Of a stretch of DNA of 64,000 bases, positions 59,178 through 64,000 are shown piece after piece (position 1 is the first letter of the stretch; each line of letters begins with the position of its first letter). Below the pieces are notes generated by a model. That model ran no database searches, had not been told where the DNA came from, and saw only the letters and a list, made by a program, of their open reading frames with translations. Origin of the DNA: an uncultured Chloroflexia bacterium (lineage in GTDB: Bacteria; Chloroflexota; Anaerolineae; CG2-30-64-16); contig CAVZDU010000002.1 in assembly GCA_963774265.1 (NCBI GenBank), forward strand, positions 512,001-576,000. The letters run 5' to 3'. The position numbers and the translations under genes are program-made.

Positions 59178-60531
59178 CTATAACCCGATGACACCCGGGT
59201 TCATGATGTTGTTCGGGTCGAGCATGGCCTTGATGGCCTTCTGGAGCCGCCAGTAGCCGGTGTTCCTGCATGTGCTTCTGCAGATAGGGTCCCCACTGCC
59301 GGCCCTTGGAGTAGGGCGCTCCGCCCAGTTCCAGCGCCCGATCCATCATCTCCTGCATGGCATTCCAGACCTTGGCACGCTCGGCCATGTCGTCCGGGTG
59401 GTGGAACATCAGGCTGACATGCTCGGAACCGTGCGGCTCCGGGAACATCTGCTGAACATAGACCTTGATGTCATGGCGGTCCATGATCCGCTTCATTTCG
59501 TAGGTTGCATCGACCAGCTTATCGAAGGGCAGGAAGTAGTTCACCGCACCTGCGATGCCCTCTTTGAACTCCTCGCCGGTCAGGAACCAGCGGTTGTTCC
59601 AGAACTTCTGCACCCCTTCGGTGCCCAGGCACTCCATGTCCGGGATGCCTGGCGATCAGGCCGCGGATCTTCTTGACCCGCATTTCCACGTCGTCCTCGT
59701 CCCCTTCGACGTTATAGTGGAAGATGATCAGCTCGCCCGGCTTGATGACGGGCACCGAGATGTAGCAGACCAGGTTGTTGATTGCCAGATCGCGGAACAA
59801 GGCTGACGGCCGAAGCCAGGTCCGCGGTCTTGTAGACTTCCAGGAAGAATTTCTCAGGGAAGGGGAAGATGCGCAGCGTACACTCGGTCATGATGCCGAA
59901 CGCGCCTTCAGCGCCGATGAACAGCCCCGTCAGGTCGGCCCCGAGCCCGTAACGGAAGAACACGTCGGAGTTGGATTGGCGGCCGAGCCGGTGCAGACGA
60001 TGTCACCGTTCGGCAGCACCATCTTGAGGCCCAGCGCCTGATCGCCGGAGCTGATGTACTTGATGTTGCCCCAACCGACGCCGGGCCGTGAGATGTGGGC
60101 GCCCGGCGTGCCGGCCATGGCGCCCGAAGGCGCAATGCCGATCTTCCAGCCGCGCTGCTCCAGCGTGTTCATCAGGCTGACGTAGGTGATGCCGGACTGG
60201 CAGGTTACGGTCCCATTGGTCTCATCGATCTCGAGGATCTCGTTCATGCGCAGCATCTCGATCGTGATGCCGCCGCCTGCCGGGGGTGTGGAGCCGGCTT
60301 CCTGGGCCGAGCCGCCCCCGCGTGGCACGATCGGCACCTTGTACTCGTTGGCGATCTTGACGATCTCAGACAACTTCTTCCGTGGTCTTCGGGCCGCACG
60401 ACCAGGTTCGGCATGCTCGGTGGCATGGTGCCGAAATCCCTGGAGTACGCCTTGAGCACAAACGGCTTGTCTGAGACATATTGCGGACCGACGACGTCGG
60501 CCAGGCGCTTGAGGATTGCCCCGTAATCCAT
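59178..60531 (-). CDS. FAD-linked oxidoreductase (GlcD/D-2-hydroxyacid dehydrogenase-like) (frameshifted)
   Basis: PIVPRGGGS, VLPNGDIV, DLTGLFIGAEGAFGIMTE, IKAMLDPNNIMNPG. Confidence 0.88.
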
Positions 60532-60563
60532 TAGTTCATCACTCCTCGTGTTGCGGCTGCAGC

Positions 60564-61333
60564 TCAGTCGCTGAGCCGCCTGGTGGAAAAGACGACTTCG
60601 TGCAGCCCTCGTACGACGCTTTCGGGATCGCTGGCTTGCCAGACGCGGCGGCCGAATGCCACACCCGCCGCGCCTGCGGCGAATCGCATCCCGCGCCACG
60701 TCCAGCGTGTTATCAGCGCCGCCCTCGCTCGGCCCGCCCGCCACGATGATGGGCACGCTGGTCGACGCGACGACCTGCTCGAATGCTGGCCAGAGTTGCC
60801 GCAGTAGTTCGTCTTGACGATGTCGGCGCCGAAGTTCCATGCCGATCCGCGCCGCGTGCGCGATCTGCTCCGGCGCGTAGAATTGATCCGGCGGCGGCAT
60901 CATTTCGGCCAGCACCGGCATGCCCAGCCCGCCGCACTGCTCGATCAGTTCGCCGAGCCACTGCATGAGGTAGGGCTCGCCACCTCGACCAAAGAAGATC
61001 GATACGGCCACCGCGTCAGCATCCAGGCGCAGCGCGGTGGTTGCTGTGACGGCAGGGATCTCCTGCCGGGCTTCAGCACTCAGGCCTGCGCTGACACTGA
61101 CCCGCAGAACAATCCCGACATCAAGTGGAATCAGATCCGACACCTGGCGAAGAAAACCCGGCGTGAGCAATAGGGCCGTGGCGCCTCCGGCGATGGCACT
61201 GGCGACGATCTGGCGTGGGCGATCGATCCCGGCAGACGGGTCCCAGCCAGGGACCATGATCCAGTGGAACCATGAGGCATCGCTTCTCCGGACCAGCCAG
61301 GAGTCTCCGCAATCGTCTTTGCTTTCCGGTCAT
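60564..61333 (-). CDS. Class I (DhnA/LsrF/FbaB-type) aldolase (frameshifted)
   Basis: VPLDHG, ADAVAV, ADIVKTNY (Schiff-base Lys), PIIVAGG, FGRRVWQ. Confidence 0.85.
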
Positions 61334-61369
61334 GTGCCATCCTCCTCGAAGCGTGTATTGGGGTGTAAC

Positions 61370-61492
61370 CGCCGGACGTAACGTCCGGGCTACGGCAACG
61401 CCCCGTGAACGGGGCTGACGATGCGTTAGCCGGCTCGGTTAGCCCGCTTCAGCGGGCGCTGCTAGGTAGCCCGGCGACTTTAGCGCCGGGCG
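61370..61492. repeat. BIME/REPIN-like element: two inverted GTAG-foot REP hairpins with internal palindromes
   Basis: Reverse-complement GTAGCCCGGACGTTACGTCCGGC and forward GTAGCCCGGCGACTTTAGCGCCGGG; internal gccccgtgaacggggc and gcccgcttcagcgggc. Confidence 0.7.
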
Positions 61493-63011
61493 GTCTGCCG
61501 TCCGCGGTCATCTCCGGCGGCGCAACCAGCTTCGCCGCAAACTCGCTGAAATGGCGATAGGTGACGTAGCCGGCGTCGTACGTCGACGCCGAGATCGGGC
61601 TGATGCCTGACCCAGTCGGGAGGCTCGAAGGTGCTCTCGAGCGCAGCAGCCATGTCCGCTCCGTCCAGTGCCTGCTGGTACAGCGCAAACAGGACGCGTG
61701 TGACGGTCTCTTCTTCGGTATAGATGGTCGCATCGCGGCCGCAGACATCGGCAATGATCTGCGTCAGGCCAGGGGTTTTGGTCCCCCCGCCCGCCAGCGC
61801 CAGCTCCTCGATGGGCAGGCCCATCTCGCCGTAGATATCGAGTAGATGGCGCAGGCTGTAGGCGATGCCCTCCATCGCTGCCCGCAGCATGTGCCGGCGA
61901 TCATGGGCCAGGCGCAAGCCATAGAACCCCGCGCGGATCTCATCCGACCAATAGGGGCTGCGTTCGCCGGCCAGGTAGGGAAGAAACACCAGTCCATCTG
62001 AGCCAGGCGCCACTTCGAGGGCCGTGTCGGGTCGCCTCCTCGAAGGTGAGCTCAGCCGACTGGCCCCGAAGAACCTGCTGCTAGCATCCAGACCAACGAT
62101 GCGCCCGTGGTCGAGGATACGCCGCCCGCCAGCCGATAGGGCGGCAGGAATGGGTAGACGTACAGGCGATCTCTGGGGATCGTCCGCCTGCTGCTCCGGC
62201 GCCAAGCGCCATGAAGATCATCGATGAACTGCCCAGCGAGCAGACGACACGCCCGGGGCGTGGCGGGGCTCCGCCGATCAGCGCCGCCACATCGCCCACA
62301 CCGTTGATGATGGCCGGGCCTGGGATTGAGGCCGAGTTCGCCGGCGACGTCGGGCCGCGGCAGTACCGACAACTGCGCATCGGCCGGCAGAATGGGCGGC
62401 AGAGACGCTCGGCGTCCAGACCGGTCAGCGCAAGCCGGTCCAACGCCCAGGTCTTGGTGCGACCAATCCAGCAACGCTGCTCCGCCACACTCGGTCAAAT
62501 CCGTGCCCACCAGCCCGGAAAGCCGGAAGCGCAGATAATCCTTTGGCCACAGGATGGTGCGCACACCTGCGCCAGAATTTCGGGACGATGACGGCTCAGC
62601 CAGAGCAGCTTGGGGAGGGTGTACGTGCTGTTGAGCTGATAGGGCGGCAGTCCCAGGCGCTTCTGCAGCTCCTCTGTCTCCCCGGCTGCTCTGCGATCGA
62701 GCCACAGAATCGTCGGCGGCACCACCCGCTGCGCGGCGTCGAGCAGCACGGCGGAATGCATCTGACCGGTGAATGCGACCGCATCGACCTGATCCAGGCC
62801 CAAGCCACCCTGCTGCAAGTTCTCGCGTCGCTTCCCAGAACGCGGTCCACCACGCCTCAGGGTCGCCCTCGGCCCACCCCGGCTGAGGCGTCGTGTACGA
62901 ATAGCGTCGCACTGCGACCTTGAGCACTTGCCCCGCGTGGTCGTACAGGACCGCCTTGAGCGAGGATGTGCCGACATCGGCCGCCAGCAAAGCAGGGGTG
63001 TGCGGGGCCAT
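61449..63011 (-). CDS. FGGY-family carbohydrate kinase (xylulokinase-like) (frameshifted)
   Basis: DVGTSSLKA, TGQMHS, ILWLDRR, PKLLWL, LPYLAGERSP, EGIAY, GGG. Confidence 0.88.
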
Positions 63012-64000
63012 CAGACAGCCTCGCCGCCGACCTCGACCATGACCTTCATGCCTTCCGCGATTCAGCACGAGCTCGAAGCCTTCATGCAGGCGCTCGAGCG
63101 GCAACAGGTGGGATATCAGCGGTTCCACCAACACCTGGCCCGACTCGATGTAGCGAAGCGCCTCGTGCATGTCCTCAGGCGTCGAGTCAGCCGATCCGGT
63201 CAGGATCAGCTCCTTGTAGTGGATCAGGTTGGGGTCGATGTTCAGCGGCGCAACGGGATACATGCCGGCGAAGATATTCAGCCGCCCGCCCGCGGCCAGA
63301 CACTCGGCCGCCTCGAGCACGAGCGGGGAGGACTCCCACGGCCACCACGGCTGCGTCGACGCCTGCACCGCCGGTGGCCGCCATGACTGCTTCCCGCAGG
63401 TTGGCTGCCTGGCTGTTGATCACCACATCCGCGCCCAGCTTGCTGGCCAGGCTCAGCCGATCGTCGATCAAATCGGCAACGATCACCCGCGCGCCATAGC
63501 GTCTGGCCACCTGCATGTGCATCACGCCGATCGGGCCGGCGCCGATCACCAGCTCGGTCTCGACCGGCGCCAGGTGCAGCAGTCTCTGACCGCGCACGAC
63601 GCAGGCCAGCGGTTCAGTGAACGCGGCGGCCCGGTAGGAGGTGGTGTCTTCGCGGATCGGGAAGATGTTGCGCTGCGGGAGGACCGCATACTCTTCATAG
63701 GCGCCGTTCGGAAAGCGGGGGTGCTGGCAGCGGTTCGAGCGGCCGGTGCGGCAGGGGTCACAGGCGCCGCATTTGACGATGAAATCCGCCATGACTCGCT
63801 GGCCCGGCTTGAGATGCTTGACCTCACTGCCCACTTCCACGATACGGCCAGCTGCCTCATGGCCCATCACTCGGGGCAGCGGAACGTTCTTCTTACCCGC
63901 ATAAACCCGCACGTCCCAGGGGCAGATGCCCACGTAGGCAATCTGCACCAGGACCTCATCCGGCCCGACAGCCGGGCCGGGGTATCTCGCGCTGCTCGAA
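63011..64000 (-). CDS. Zn-dependent polyol dehydrogenase (5' end outside window, frameshifted)
   Basis: GICPWD, GHE, CGACDPC, EPLAC, GAGPIG; ATGA overlap with the kinase. Confidence 0.88.

Noticed and set aside
1-64000. CRISPR array, rRNA, intact tRNA, phage structural genes, retron or reverse transcriptase
   Set aside because: No regularly spaced repeats or corresponding motifs were seen.

Overview
GC-rich bacterial DNA, most consistent with an Anaerolineae/Caldilineae-type Chloroflexota genome. This is inferred from a C-terminal LPxVxR motif, VEKVVT-repeat lipoprotein and GTAG-REP style. Many genes carry single-base frameshifts, probably uncorrected long-read errors, so split ORFs were reassembled by eye. 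Layout: (1) 1-8.4 kb, 3' part of a giant multi-LamG surface protein. (2) 8.7-13.1 kb, a sterol desaturase, then a decayed accessory island with a DUF4143 fragment, a Phd/RelE-type TA pair, GNAT and Imm5-like genes bounded by integron attC-like boxes, a truncated ISAs1, an ~81-bp direct repeat and a tRNA-Val-like 3' fragment. (3) 13.2-20 kb, a two-component system, ester cyclase, membrane proteins and a P-type ATPase. (4) 20.4-33.4 kb, GH3, zwf, sucB, sucA, glycogen debranching enzyme and GH63. (5) 33.7-40.6 kb, DUF420, GT2, a GT-C transferase, a hypothetical protein and two convergent B12-binding radical SAM genes. (6) tal, fumC, folB and a folK-folE fusion. (7) 45.3-64 kb, one long minus-strand operon. 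It joins a sugar-catabolic module (2 Zn dehydrogenases, FGGY kinase, class I aldolase, GlcD/GlcF-like pair, AKR, CUT1 ABC transporter) to a C1 module (non-Pyl MttB, corrinoid protein, pterin-binding methyltransferase, amidohydrolase, orphan GcvH, divergent Ftr-like protein). This operon is the best candidate for an undescribed system.
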